Virus record (IMG/VR): IMGVR_UViG_2914081374_000001
Coordinates: 1,842 to 65,841 of that record
Strand: one strand, 5' to 3'
Length of the DNA stretch: 64,000 nucleotides
DNA from: a virus
Taxonomy: Duplodnaviria > Caudoviricetes
Positions 39,529-49,811 of the stretch are shown piece by piece (the stretch's first letter is position 1; each line of letters opens with the position of its first letter). Position numbers and translations under genes: made by a program. Below the pieces are notes generated by a model. It made no database searches, was not told the DNA's origin, and saw only the letters and a program-made list of their open reading frames with translations.

Positions 39529-40252
39529 TAGAGACGAACTAATCTGCCTAGTATTGGCTTGGGTGTTCAGCAAACTTCCCAATCGATTAAGCTTGTTGAA
39601 AAAACTGGAAGTGGGTGTATTTTTCTTCTGCTGGCGACAAGCATTACAAGCCCAAGCTGAGGGTAATTCCACACTCAATCTTATCCTTAAAGAGCAAGCT
39701 GAGTCTGAGTATCACCACGCGCAAGCCTTCTGCACTCTCACGGGTAGCAAGCTGGAATTATCGGCTGATAAGCTATTCAACCGGGAATCAAAGAATGCAC
39801 AAATTTGGAGTACAGTCAACTGGGATGCATCAGAATCCTTCCAAGCTGATGGATTGAGTCGTAAATATTACAGTGCTAAGGCATTTTTTGGCGGACATCA
39901 AGCCAGGGATTTTAGTTGGGAAAATAAGCTAGCATTCATGACAGTGCTGGAATCATTCCAAGCTTGCTTTTACAGAAAACTACTGCAATTTTTACCTCTT
40001 AAAGTTGGGCGATCGCTACTCGCAATCTGCAATGAAGAAGCCAATCACAGCATTACTCTGCGCATGGCTCTAGCGAAAATGACAGATAGTTCCACCGCCA
40101 CCAAATTGATGCGCAAGTGGAAACAAAGGCTTTACTTAGGACTATTAATTCTACCTTTAGATTTGGTGGGAATTCTCTTATCAGTCGTGATGACTAATAT
40201 CAAAAATGCCGCCAGAACTAGACTCCACAACCAATCCCAATCCAGACAATAA
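39500..40252 (+). CDS. Ferritin-like domain protein
   Basis: E..V...E..H...E...EE..H diiron-type pattern. Confidence 0.65.
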   Translation: MSLLSWVTRNRDELICLVLAWVFSKLPNRLSLLKKLEVGVFFFCWRQALQAQAEGNSTLNLILKEQAESEYHHAQAFCTLTGSKLELSADKLFNRESKNAQIWSTVNWDASESFQADGLSRKYYSAKAFFGGHQARDFSWENKLAFMTVLESFQACFYRKLLQFLPLKVGRSLLAICNEEANHSITLRMALAKMTDSSTATKLMRKWKQRLYLGLLILPLDLVGILLSVVMTNIKNAARTRLHNQSQSRQ

Positions 40253-40949
40253 GCAATTTTCTGACGAAGAAATTGCTAAAATTCTTAGCACAGCTAAAGC
40301 TACTCGCAAAGAGCGCGATGATGTTGCAGCTCGTGCCAAAGAATTAGAAGACTCTAATAAACAACTCCAAGCTCAATTAGAGCAAATCAAAACAATTGAC
40401 CCCGAGCGCTACAAAGAGCTTGAGGACTTAGCTGCCAACCTAGAAGAGCGCAAGCTCGAAGAGCAGCAGAAATTCAACGAACTCAAGGAACGTTGGACTG
40501 GTGAACGCACAACCCTTCAACAGCAAAATCAACAGCTGCAAGAGGAATTAAAGCAGACCCGAATTATCAACGATTTGGAGAAAGCTTTCTACGCTTTAGG
40601 CGGAAAAACCGGTAAGGATGATTTCGGCTGTTCCTACTTCGACTTGATACGCGATCGCGCCATGTCCTTCCTACAACTCGGCGAGGATGGCAAACTGCGA
40701 GTACTAGATCCTCGCGACGGCACCAGGATGCTGGGTGACAAAGGAACTCCCCTCACCGTTGAGGATCTGATGCTCAAGCTGCGATCAAGTGGTCCCACGG
40801 CGGCACTTTTTGACCCTGTGGGCAACGGCGCTGGTGGAGGTATGCAGCCATCTCATCCAGCGGGGCTTGCGGCAACTAGAGAACAGGTGATGGGCATTAC
40901 CAATCGTGCTGAGCGATTAGCGCGGATCAGAGAACTGGGAATTAAGTAA
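40206..40949 (+). CDS. Capsid scaffolding protein
   Basis: Coiled coil with LF...G.GGG C-terminus, directly upstream of capsid. Confidence 0.75.
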   Translation: MPPELDSTTNPNPDNKQFSDEEIAKILSTAKATRKERDDVAARAKELEDSNKQLQAQLEQIKTIDPERYKELEDLAANLEERKLEEQQKFNELKERWTGERTTLQQQNQQLQEELKQTRIINDLEKAFYALGGKTGKDDFGCSYFDLIRDRAMSFLQLGEDGKLRVLDPRDGTRMLGDKGTPLTVEDLMLKLRSSGPTAALFDPVGNGAGGGMQPSHPAGLAATREQVMGITNRAERLARIRELGIK

Positions 40950-41033
40950 GTAGACGTTTGACTTCGGAAGTGAGTTCTGAGGTTGACATCGGCGTGACGC
41001 CACACCACAAGCCACCTCAAAATTCACTTCACC

Positions 41034-41966
41034 ATGTCCATGACCTTACTGGAGGCAAAAAAACTTGCTACTCCAGAAACTGCAACAATAATTGAAGAAT
41101 ACGCCGCAACTAGTGATATTCTCCGCGTAATCCCTTTCGAGAACGTACCAGGAACCGGCAAACACTACAATCGCGAAGACAAACTGCCCGGTATCGGGTT
41201 TCGCGGCATCAACGAGGGCTATCAAGAAAGCGTAGGCGTACTCAATCCCCAGTCTGAGGCACATAAAATTGCCGGCGGAGACTTGGATGTAGACAGAGCC
41301 ATCATTGATATGCAGGGTACCTCCGTCCGGACCGTCCATGAGATGATGAAAGTCAAAGCGCTGTCCTTGTCTTGGACACGCAACTTTATCAAGGGCGATT
41401 CCACAACCAACCCCAGAGTTTTCGACGGGCTACAAGTCCGGCTCACCGGAACCCAATTGATTGCAAATAAAAACATTGGAGGACCGCTTAGTCTTGAGAA
41501 ACTGGACGAGGCGATCGACGCGGTTGACAATCCGAACTACATCATCATGAGCAAAGCCATCCGCCGCAAGCTTTCTCAAGCCGTGCGCAACCAAATCGGT
41601 GGAGACATTGAGTACGAGGTGGATGAACTCGGCAACCAGGTAATGCAGTATAATTCTTTACCTATTTTGATTGCTGATTACGACAACAACGGCGACCAAA
41701 TTTTGGATTATACCGAATCTTCCCCGGACGGCACTTCTTCCACGCAATGCACGAGTATCTACGTGGTTTCCTTTGGCGACATGATGTTGACCGGCATTCA
41801 AGGTGCGGTTGACGGTGTGTACGGTGTTTCTGTTCGTGACTTGGGAGAACTCGAAACCAAGCCCGTATTCCGCACTCGCGTGGACTGGTACAACGCGATC
41901 GCCTGCTATCACGGACGCGCTGCAGCTAGACTACACGGCATCACCGATGCCCCTGCGATCGCTTAA
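41034..41966 (+). CDS. Major capsid protein
   Basis: IPF.NV.G....YNRE..LP...FR.INEGY, GG...VDR, FDGL, SIY.V.FG, ARL.GI. Confidence 0.9.
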   Translation: MSMTLLEAKKLATPETATIIEEYAATSDILRVIPFENVPGTGKHYNREDKLPGIGFRGINEGYQESVGVLNPQSEAHKIAGGDLDVDRAIIDMQGTSVRTVHEMMKVKALSLSWTRNFIKGDSTTNPRVFDGLQVRLTGTQLIANKNIGGPLSLEKLDEAIDAVDNPNYIIMSKAIRRKLSQAVRNQIGGDIEYEVDELGNQVMQYNSLPILIADYDNNGDQILDYTESSPDGTSSTQCTSIYVVSFGDMMLTGIQGAVDGVYGVSVRDLGELETKPVFRTRVDWYNAIACYHGRAAARLHGITDAPAIA

Positions 41967-42037
41967 TCAAGATTCTACCCGCACCCTCTGGAAAATTTTC
42001 CAGGGGGTAAAACCATTTCAATACCAAGATACATCAC

Positions 42038-42445
42038 ATGAGTCGCTCAACTATCGCCAACCGCCGCCATCTACTTTTCGACAAAGGTCTTGAACTTAGG
42101 GATTACAACGCTACTGCGGTAGCTACAACTACATCAGAAACCGCAATCGAATTCGCCGCCGACAAGCAACTCGCTTATAAGGCAGTGATTTTAGCTGGTG
42201 CTTACACTGGCTACGCCGCAGGCTCTGCTGAATGGAAAATCAGCATCGAAGCCGCCACAACCGTCGCTGGCACTTATAAGGAAATTGGCAGTTGCACCGC
42301 CGACGGGACTATTAAGCAATTTGATATTCCTTTGTCCGGCGAGTGGGTGGAAGACTTATTACCAGGCGCTTTGTACATCCGCGCTACCGCCACCGCAATT
42401 GGCGCACCTGACGCACTTACTTATGGGGCATTCCTGGCATGCTAA
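42038..42445 (+). CDS. Putative capsid decoration/cement protein
   Basis: Beta-sandwich-like; directly after capsid. Confidence 0.55.
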   Translation: MSRSTIANRRHLLFDKGLELRDYNATAVATTTSETAIEFAADKQLAYKAVILAGAYTGYAAGSAEWKISIEAATTVAGTYKEIGSCTADGTIKQFDIPLSGEWVEDLLPGALYIRATATAIGAPDALTYGAFLAC

Positions 42446-42633
42446 ACCAAGATCCAGTTCTTTTGTACAGTCCCGATGGGAAAACTCGGCGCATTCCCCT
42501 CGTTGACGCGCCGGGGTGGATCAAGGCGGGATGGAGTACTTCACCCATACCCCTAAAACCCGTCACCACAAAACCCAAGGCAAAAGATGCGCCTGAAACC
42601 GCCGACGCCTCAAAAAAACCAGACCAAATTTAA
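42439..42633 (+). CDS. Small hypothetical protein
   Basis: Coupled to upstream gene; VDA..W...GW. Confidence 0.55.
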   Translation: MLNQDPVLLYSPDGKTRRIPLVDAPGWIKAGWSTSPIPLKPVTTKPKAKDAPETADASKKPDQI

Positions 42634-42638
42634 AGATT

Positions 42639-44987
42639 TTGCACGCAATAAAGCTTTGTACGCGGCTATACTTATATAATTTGAATAGGAGTATAGACGT
42701 GTACGTGGCTATGGGCGGTCAGTGGTCGGTTAAAAATTTAAAAGACGAAACCAAGTTCAAACCCAAGTGGAAACATCAACCCACAGTGGCAATGAGAATC
42801 CCGTTCGTATTTCGAGATGAAGTGTTTGGGTTGGCATTGCTACTGGATAGTGGCGGTGGTGAAAGTGAAGCGAAGTCCACCCATAGCGATCGCGTCATAT
42901 CGGAACCACTCACTCCCGAAACAATTCTCGAAGCGGTACGCAATTGGGAATTGGAAAAAATTCTCAAGCTCCAAGCAGAACTTCCCGCGATAATCGACTG
43001 GAAAAAAGAACAGTCTTCCGACAGGAGGTTAGAACAAGCCTTAGTGTTTCTCGCCAAATGTTGCGATGGGGCAAACAGCACGGACGGGGCAGGATTCAAC
43101 AAATGTGACACTGGCTTTGGTAAATGGCTGGCTGGGCAAAAACAACTCGTCCGAACTCAAGCTCAAGCCGGATTGAAAATGGTCCAAAAATACAAGGGGC
43201 AGCTAGAGCGTGCGGGATTGTCGCTACCAGAGTGGGATGCGATCGCTCATCAATATCCCGTAAATTCCCCACCAGTATTTGTTTTTAGCGAGGAAGAAGA
43301 CAAGGACATTCTTCCAGAACGCAGAGTGGAAATCAAAGGCGATTCTATTGCCGTATATGCTCCCTACGATTCAACTGGTAAATTTCAGCGTGATTGCAAA
43401 AGTATCAAAGGATACAAGTTTGAGGGTAGCGATAAGAGTTGGCGGTTTCCTCTAATTTCAGCTGAAGAGGCGATAAACAAACTGACTAACGAGAACTTTA
43501 TTATCGCGCCAGAAGTAGAAGGTGCGATCGCTCTTGCCCGGCAACAGCGCGAACTCGAACAACAGGCGCTGGAATCTGCTGCTTTAGAGAAAGCCGACGA
43601 AATTGTACGGTTGGTAAAAGCCGCCAATCTAGATGCACCCCTCTCCAACGGTTGGCTACTACGTGATTACCAAAAATCTGGAGTAGAATGGCTCCTAGCA
43701 CACCGCAAAGGTGGTATCTATGGCGGAGGCATTTTAGCCGACGATATGGGGTTGGGCAAAACCCTAACCGCCTTGTACGCGGCTAAATCCATGCAATTCA
43801 CTTACAGCTGTGCGGTGTTTATTGTTGCTCCCGTATCGCTGATGGAAGGGTGGCGACGAGCGGCAGAAATCGCTGAAGTGGTGGTGGAATTATTCAGCAA
43901 TAACTACCAAAAAATCCCCGCGCCGCTGGAAGCGCAAAAATACGTGCTAATTTGCGACGAGGCGCACGGATTTCAAGATATTAACTCCAAACGCTCAGAA
44001 AAAATGCTAGAGCTAGCGCACCATGAGAACTGCTTAACAGCCTGGATGCTCACGGGTACACCAATCAAGAACGGACGCCCAATCAACCTCATGCCATTAC
44101 TCATGGCAGTGCAGCATCCCCTAGTAGCAGATAAATGGGCTTACCAGAAGCGCTATTGCAACGCTCACCATAAATCAATCGGCAAAAAGACGGTGTGGGA
44201 TGCCACGGGAGCGGCTTTCCTAGACGAACTCGCAAAAAAAACAGAGGACGTAATTCTCAGGCGGAAAAAATCGGAGGTACTCTCGGAGTTACCACCGAAG
44301 ACTAGATTATTCAAAGAGGTGGAACTAGACTCCAAAGCCGAGAAAGCTTACTCAAGTGAAATCAAAGCTCTCGTGGAAGACTACCGTCTACGTGCCAAGC
44401 GCGGTGAGGTGGACGAGGACGCTGAGGCATTGGTGACACTCAATATCCTCCGTAAAGTGGGTAGCGTCGCCAAGGTGTCCGCCGCAGTTGCTCAAGCAGA
44501 AGAGCTGCTGGAGCAAGGGCAGCAGGTGGTAATTTTCACTGAGTTCTTGAAGTCTGCTCAAGAAATTCACGCTCAGCTAATGGCTTTGGGCGTCGGGCAT
44601 TGTGAATTGCTAACAGGAGAAACCAGAGCCGAGGAACGTCAAGCCATAGTCGATCACTTTCAGTCGGGCGAAAGTAAAGTGTTCGTCGGAACGATCAAAG
44701 CCGGCGGTGTGGGGCTGACTTTGACTGCTGCTTCCAACGTGATACTTGTAGATCGAGCTTGGACACCAGGAGATGTGGAGCAAGCGGAGGACAGAACGCA
44801 TAGGTTAGGGCAGCAAAACGCGGTCTTTGCAACGTGGCTACAACTAGGTCAAATCGACCATGCGATCGATGACCTAATTCTACAAAAATCCGAGCGCATC
44901 GAATTGATACTTCAAGGCAAGCGCAAGACCCTCAAGGGGATTAATTCGCCCAAGGATCTCGCAAAAGAGCTACTAGCAATCCTCTAA
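42639..44987 (+). CDS. SNF2-family (HARP-like) helicase; start uncertain
   Basis: LADDMGLGKT, DEAH, LTGTP, AGGVGLTLT, WTPG...QAEDR.HRLGQ. Confidence 0.92.
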   Translation: MHAIKLCTRLYLYNLNRSIDVYVAMGGQWSVKNLKDETKFKPKWKHQPTVAMRIPFVFRDEVFGLALLLDSGGGESEAKSTHSDRVISEPLTPETILEAVRNWELEKILKLQAELPAIIDWKKEQSSDRRLEQALVFLAKCCDGANSTDGAGFNKCDTGFGKWLAGQKQLVRTQAQAGLKMVQKYKGQLERAGLSLPEWDAIAHQYPVNSPPVFVFSEEEDKDILPERRVEIKGDSIAVYAPYDSTGKFQRDCKSIKGYKFEGSDKSWRFPLISAEEAINKLTNENFIIAPEVEGAIALARQQRELEQQALESAALEKADEIVRLVKAANLDAPLSNGWLLRDYQKSGVEWLLAHRKGGIYGGGILADDMGLGKTLTALYAAKSMQFTYSCAVFIVAPVSLMEGWRRAAEIAEVVVELFSNNYQKIPAPLEAQKYVLICDEAHGFQDINSKRSEKMLELAHHENCLTAWMLTGTPIKNGRPINLMPLLMAVQHPLVADKWAYQKRYCNAHHKSIGKKTVWDATGAAFLDELAKKTEDVILRRKKSEVLSELPPKTRLFKEVELDSKAEKAYSSEIKALVEDYRLRAKRGEVDEDAEALVTLNILRKVGSVAKVSAAVAQAEELLEQGQQVVIFTEFLKSAQEIHAQLMALGVGHCELLTGETRAEERQAIVDHFQSGESKVFVGTIKAGGVGLTLTAASNVILVDRAWTPGDVEQAEDRTHRLGQQNAVFATWLQLGQIDHAIDDLILQKSERIELILQGKRKTLKGINSPKDLAKELLAIL

Positions 44988-45061
44988 CTTCCCGCAGTGA
45001 CTGCGGGAAGTTTCATCTGACAGATCAGTTCTTTATCCTTGGCGCGGCTAGGACCGCTTGT

Positions 45062-45355
45062 TTAATCATCGAAATCGAGCGCGCAATAAAACTCGTCATC
45101 GTCGTCAAATTCGCCCAGGCTTGCACGAATCGAACTGTCGCAGTTTTCGCACAAACCCTTGATTCCACCATAAAACCCGGCAAAATCAAATCGTTCCACG
45201 CCTGCCCAAAACTGTCCACAGCAGTAGCAAAAGCCTTCTTGTGGTGCGTGTTTAACGCAGTAATAATAGTCGGGTTTGTCCGTCGTATTGTCAGGGAGAA
45301 AACACGCGGTTGTGTTTTCCCCGCTACATCCCGGATGCTGACATTTGTTATTCAT
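45062..45355 (-). CDS. Cys-rich hypothetical protein
   Basis: Several CxxC-like pairs; coupled ORF. Confidence 0.55.
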   Translation of the reverse strand: MNNKCQHPGCSGENTTACFLPDNTTDKPDYYYCVKHAPQEGFCYCCGQFWAGVERFDFAGFYGGIKGLCENCDSSIRASLGEFDDDDEFYCALDFDD

Positions 45356-46644
45356 GGCTTAACCCCGCTCAATTTCCTGACGACTGCCACAGCGTATTTG
45401 TGGTCAAAACCCCTCTGTACGAGCTGCTTGTAGCAGAATTCATACCCCTGGGGAATTTGCTCCGACCAAGGACTAGGGGTTGGCTCTGATATCTGCTGCC
45501 CTTGCTCCCACTCCCTCCAAGCGTTTTCAAATTCCTGCACGGTTCCAAAGTCGTCAGGGTCTGGCGGTTCTTCACTGCTATCCCAGAAAATCGTCAATTG
45601 TCCGTCCGGCTCGGACAAACGAGCCGTATCTCCAAAGTGTGCGGGATTCCAGGAGTCGGTCGTATCTCCCGTATCTTCTTCAATCAAAGCCAACTGGTCA
45701 CCCCTAACCTTGCCTTCCGTGCCGTTGTCCCATGCAATCCGGAACTGGCTCCTATTCAAGATTTCAATTATTTGCCCTCGCCTATTCCTGCCCGCCGACC
45801 ATGAAGGTGCGACGGTATCGCCAATCTTCCAAGCGGATCTTTCCCTTTTCTCCCGCTTGGGCTTTGGATTTTCCAGTTTCCTGTCGAACTCCTTCAACAG
45901 ATCAAACTCGCCCCTCTCTAACCTGAGAAGCTCATCCACTCCACCCACCTTCACCCAGTACTGAAGGCGCGGGCTTTTTGGCTCGTACATCGTACCAGAA
46001 TGCGCGGACTGAATTACCCCCATCTTCCCCTTGTGCTTGCCTTGGGCGACGCGGACTCGCTTGCCGGAATCTAAATTGGCAAGCACTACCCTTTGGTACT
46101 CCGATTCAAATTCGAGAAGCTTGTTCCAGTAGTTGATTTGTTCGGTGCAGCTTTTTACCCAGTACCCCTTAGCCGTTTTTAGTTTCTCCTGAAAATCTGC
46201 TAATTCTTCTGCAAGCTTTTTCTCGCAGTGCTTGGATAAGATAATTTGTTCCTCCACAGGCAGTAAATCACAGCGGATGCACGAATTATGCCAATCGCGA
46301 TTCGTGCCTTTTACGTAGCTATTGATTGGAATCAAGCTATCTTTCTGCCTCCAAAACCCGGACCCTGGAGTCAGGAGATTAAAGTTGACGTATTCAACTT
46401 TTTGAACGATTACTGGCTCATGTAACTCATGGCAGATCATGAGCGATTCTCTTGGAATCAAAAATTCTTTGCCCTCCCACTCGCCAATAAACACTCCATT
46501 GCGGACGCACTTGAATTTATAGCAAAACTGATCTTCTCTACCTTTTATCAAATCGCCCTTGAATAAGTTTTCAATATCTTCTCCCGTAGCGGGTATGGCT
46601 GTGCCACAGAAAACTTTACCAAGATTGGGTGCAATTGCAGTCAT
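45352..46644 (-). CDS. Hypothetical protein with KOW/SH3-like segments
   Basis: RVRVAQGKHKGKMGVI; EPPDPDDF motif. Confidence 0.65.
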   Translation of the reverse strand: MTAIAPNLGKVFCGTAIPATGEDIENLFKGDLIKGREDQFCYKFKCVRNGVFIGEWEGKEFLIPRESLMICHELHEPVIVQKVEYVNFNLLTPGSGFWRQKDSLIPINSYVKGTNRDWHNSCIRCDLLPVEEQIILSKHCEKKLAEELADFQEKLKTAKGYWVKSCTEQINYWNKLLEFESEYQRVVLANLDSGKRVRVAQGKHKGKMGVIQSAHSGTMYEPKSPRLQYWVKVGGVDELLRLERGEFDLLKEFDRKLENPKPKREKRERSAWKIGDTVAPSWSAGRNRRGQIIEILNRSQFRIAWDNGTEGKVRGDQLALIEEDTGDTTDSWNPAHFGDTARLSEPDGQLTIFWDSSEEPPDPDDFGTVQEFENAWREWEQGQQISEPTPSPWSEQIPQGYEFCYKQLVQRGFDHKYAVAVVRKLSGVKP

Positions 46645-47072
46645 AATGCCTCCAAACTATTTTCATGTACGCCTTGCAAACTCTCGCGTCCATCCCACTT
46701 CATCCGATACCAAAAACCGTGTTGTAAAAGCCCAGAATTTTCCCGCCATTCAATACCTCGAACAATCCCAACCTTTTTTTGAGGAACGAATAGCAAGCGC
46801 TGTCCAAACCAGAACCTTGGCTTCAGGCAATGCGTCGCTTCCCAAGTCCAGGGACGGTGTTCGTATTGCTCGATCAGCCACAAAATCGCTTCCTCATACA
46901 GCTTGAATTCTTGTTGCTTACAAATGGCGTGCAGTAAGGGAAGCGAGTGTTTTGGAGAATGCCAGATACAGATTTTTCGGTGTCCATCCGGCGATTCTTC
47001 GTAGGGCGTCCAACTATTAATCATTTCTTCTCCCTTGTCAGACCCTATGGAAAATTTTCCATAGGGAGTCAT
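46641..47072 (-). CDS. Hypothetical protein
   Basis: ATGA-type coupling with neighbour. Confidence 0.55.
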   Translation of the reverse strand: MTPYGKFSIGSDKGEEMINSWTPYEESPDGHRKICIWHSPKHSLPLLHAICKQQEFKLYEEAILWLIEQYEHRPWTWEATHCLKPRFWFGQRLLFVPQKKVGIVRGIEWRENSGLLQHGFWYRMKWDGRESLQGVHENSLEAL

Positions 47073-47564
47073 TTACTCAAATAGACTCAATTGCAAGGCT
47101 TGCGGCGAAGGTCTGCCCTTTGCCACTCGCTTCGTTATCGGTTGAAGCCCACAAGCCTTTATTACTTTAGCCGAGGGAATCCACAGCCCTTGCTTGCCAG
47201 TTGCTGAAACTGGCGGGTAGATCGCCTTAACATCCGACAGAATCCAAGCTACCCTGCCGACTCGCCAATCACCCACCACTAGCTCCAGGGGTGACTGAGA
47301 TTTGATGGAACAGGGGGACATGAAGACGCAATCTACGAGGCTGCAACTCGCCACGATACACCCCGGATGGAATCTCTTCAAATCGATGCTGTAGTCCGCA
47401 TTTAAACACGAGAGAAGCTCTTCTTGTGCGTGAGACAGGGGACGCTTAGCGGCGTGGATAAGCAGAGGCCCACGGTAATTAGTCGCCCAAGAACGAGTCT
47501 CCACGCGCTTACTTCCTTGGGCGATTAGGGAAGCGTAGGGTTCCCACAAGGTGATTGCTCTCAC
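47073..47564 (-). CDS. ASCH domain protein
   Basis: AITLWEPYASLI..G.K.VETRSW.T.YRG.LLIHA, G.QGLW. Confidence 0.9.
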   Translation of the reverse strand: MRAITLWEPYASLIAQGSKRVETRSWATNYRGPLLIHAAKRPLSHAQEELLSCLNADYSIDLKRFHPGCIVASCSLVDCVFMSPCSIKSQSPLELVVGDWRVGRVAWILSDVKAIYPPVSATGKQGLWIPSAKVIKACGLQPITKRVAKGRPSPQALQLSLFE

Positions 47565-47755
47565 GATGCCTTCCTCCTTTTCTTCGTCTCAATCTGAGTC
47601 ATCACCCCGTACCAAGCCTTGCACTTGTCGCAAGCACTGGCATCAAGCCCAGGGATAGTAATTTTGTGTCCATTGGGGCAAGCATCGGTGCGACACAGCA
47701 TGTCCCATTGTGCTGGGGTAAGAGTGATGTGCTGCCAGGTACGGAGGTTAATCAT
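47561..47755 (-). CDS. Small Cys-containing protein
   Basis: Coupled ORF; CPNGH, CDKC. Confidence 0.5.
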   Translation of the reverse strand: MINLRTWQHITLTPAQWDMLCRTDACPNGHKITIPGLDASACDKCKAWYGVMTQIETKKRRKAS

Positions 47756-48819
47756 TTTGCACCTCCCAACAACTCCACTGCCTTCTCAAATCTCACCCAC
47801 TGTTGCACGCCCAGGTGGGCAGCCACTTCTGCACGCAAGCAAACTCCCATCACGCCATCTTCTCGAAGCTCCGAACGTTCGACAAAGCCCTGCCTATATG
47901 CCCACGTATACCACTCACCAAAGTCAGTTGGAGCTTGAATTTTTTCAGGCTTTACACCCATCACTAAAGCCCACCTAAAATAAGCAGTCCATGATTTTTT
48001 AGGCTGAACGCCGTTCTTCATCTCTTCTCGAATAAAGGCGATCGCACCTGCTACATTCGCCCAGTTTTTGCGCAACAACCCAACTTCTAGATTGATTCGC
48101 AGTTCTCGCAATTCACGACAAACTTGGTCTATTTGTTCTTTTGTTGGCTCCAAATTTTCGGTTGTTTCGCTTGTTTCGTTTATTTTGTTTACGGCAACAG
48201 GCGCGACGGCGGGAGAATTTTCCTCATGAGGAATTGACTCTTCTAACGAGGAATCTTGGCTTATTTCCTCAACAGAGAGAGTAGGCGTGGATTGGTTTTC
48301 TTGTGCGGGTAACTCCGTGTTTTGGGCTTGCTCCCATTCTTGGGATTGCTGTGCTACGGCATCCCAATCCGGTTCTTGTTCCAAAAGTTTTTCCTCTCCA
48401 ACAGCAACCTGTTGTTGTGGAGGATCAAGATTTACTGGATCTAAGATTGGATCAATATATATAGTGGTCGTCGGTTCGTGAACGACGGTCGTCGGTTCGT
48501 GAACGACGGTCGTCGGTTCGTCATCCCACGAGCTTTGCGATTGACGCTCCGAGCCGAGGTACTGATATTGCCAAGCTCTTGCGTTTAATCGGTGATGCCG
48601 TCTGTCGATTAAACGCAACTCGTGTAGAAGTTCTAGGGCTTTGCGGATAGCGTGGCGTCCCCATTGCCCTAAAAATGTTTCTACTAACTCGTCAATTGTG
48701 ATAGTGAACCATCCTTCACGCTGGTTCCGAAAGAAATTGAGTAGCTCGGCGGCGCAGCGGGAACCTGTGAGAATTAGGTCTTTGGCGTAGCAGACAATCT
48801 TGTAAACTTTATTCGCCAT
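47752..48819 (-). CDS. Putative replication initiator (N-terminal wHTH)
   Basis: wHTH-like N-terminus followed by internal tandem repeats, as in lambda O-like genes. Confidence 0.6.
   Translation of the reverse strand: MANKVYKIVCYAKDLILTGSRCAAELLNFFRNQREGWFTITIDELVETFLGQWGRHAIRKALELLHELRLIDRRHHRLNARAWQYQYLGSERQSQSSWDDEPTTVVHEPTTVVHEPTTTIYIDPILDPVNLDPPQQQVAVGEEKLLEQEPDWDAVAQQSQEWEQAQNTELPAQENQSTPTLSVEEISQDSSLEESIPHEENSPAVAPVAVNKINETSETTENLEPTKEQIDQVCRELRELRINLEVGLLRKNWANVAGAIAFIREEMKNGVQPKKSWTAYFRWALVMGVKPEKIQAPTDFGEWYTWAYRQGFVERSELREDGVMGVCLRAEVAAHLGVQQWVRFEKAVELLGGAK
48466..48521. repeat. 21-bp tandem repeats (about 2.7 copies), candidate iterons
   Basis: GGTCGTCGGTTCGTGAACGAC x2 plus a partial copy. 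Confidence 0.85.
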
Positions 48820-49462
48820 GATTCGCCCTCCTTGTTTCCCAAAATAAACTGCGCTCAGCTTGGCGGCGTGTCCGCTCGTAATATTCAGGGCTTATCCAGC
48901 GCTCATCATCCAGTTGTTGATAGTCGTCTGGAACTTCATCTGGTGGGGTAGACGCACTCAGTATCCGAGGAGGTGATGGGTGCGCTTGTGGAATACTTCT
49001 CTCCATTTGTTCAAGTCTTTGGAGTAGGGGTGCTAAGCTCCGCTCTACAGCCTCCGTAATGGCAGATTTCAGTGTTTCTTGATTGATTAACTCAAGTTCC
49101 GTCTGACGAGTTTTAGTCGCAAAATAGCTTTGTGCTAAAGCGATTTCATGTTTTCGTGGATCGCCGTTCATTGCTGTGAGGTAGCAAGCGTATCGTGATA
49201 ATTTATAGTCAGATTGTTTGGAACCTCCTCCCTGCGGACGTTCTACCACATTGCCAACGTCGGCAAAATGGTTTTCAACGGTGTAGCCCGAATTTCGACA
49301 GGCAAGTTTTGCTCGTTCAATCGTTTCTTCAAAACGTCGCCACTGGTTATACCCTAGCAATAGCTGTAGTTGTCGAGCAAGCCAGTATTCATTGCCGTCT
49401 TGGTCAACTAACCTGATTTGGTCGAATGGGCTTGAGCCTTCAAATTTTGCTATAGTAGTCAT
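48809..49462 (-). CDS. DinD/BRO-like DNA-binding protein
   Basis: SPFD.IR..D..G.EYW.AR.L...LGY..W..F, DY.LSRYACYL.AMNGDP.K. Confidence 0.85.
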   Translation of the reverse strand: MTTIAKFEGSSPFDQIRLVDQDGNEYWLARQLQLLLGYNQWRRFEETIERAKLACRNSGYTVENHFADVGNVVERPQGGGSKQSDYKLSRYACYLTAMNGDPRKHEIALAQSYFATKTRQTELELINQETLKSAITEAVERSLAPLLQRLEQMERSIPQAHPSPPRILSASTPPDEVPDDYQQLDDERWISPEYYERTRRQAERSLFWETRRANHGE

Positions 49463-49592
49463 AAGTCAAATACCACATAGTTATCTATTGGTCAAAGCGT
49501 CTTCGTTAGTCTGGGGACGCGATTTGTTGGAAATATCTTGATTTCTATCAAGATTAGCGATCGCACCCCCGATGGAGGCGATCGCTTTTTAA

Positions 49593-49811
49593 TCACCCCA
49601 TCAACCGCCTCGCAGCACTCAGTCGATTAGTAATATCAGTAATGCGTGTCTTGACGGTTTCATCCGATGAATCGTCGGCGGCTTGAAGATCCGCCATGTA
49701 TATCAGCAAGCATTCCAATTGAATTCTGCTTTCTTGTAGTCGATGCCAGATTTCGGCATAGTCCCAAGATGGATCGGGGATAGGATAATTTTTGTTTTCA
49801 GGCGTTAGCAT
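49593..49811 (-). CDS. Hypothetical protein
   Basis: Coupled ORF. Confidence 0.55.
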   Translation of the reverse strand: MLTPENKNYPIPDPSWDYAEIWHRLQESRIQLECLLIYMADLQAADDSSDETVKTRITDITNRLSAARRLMG

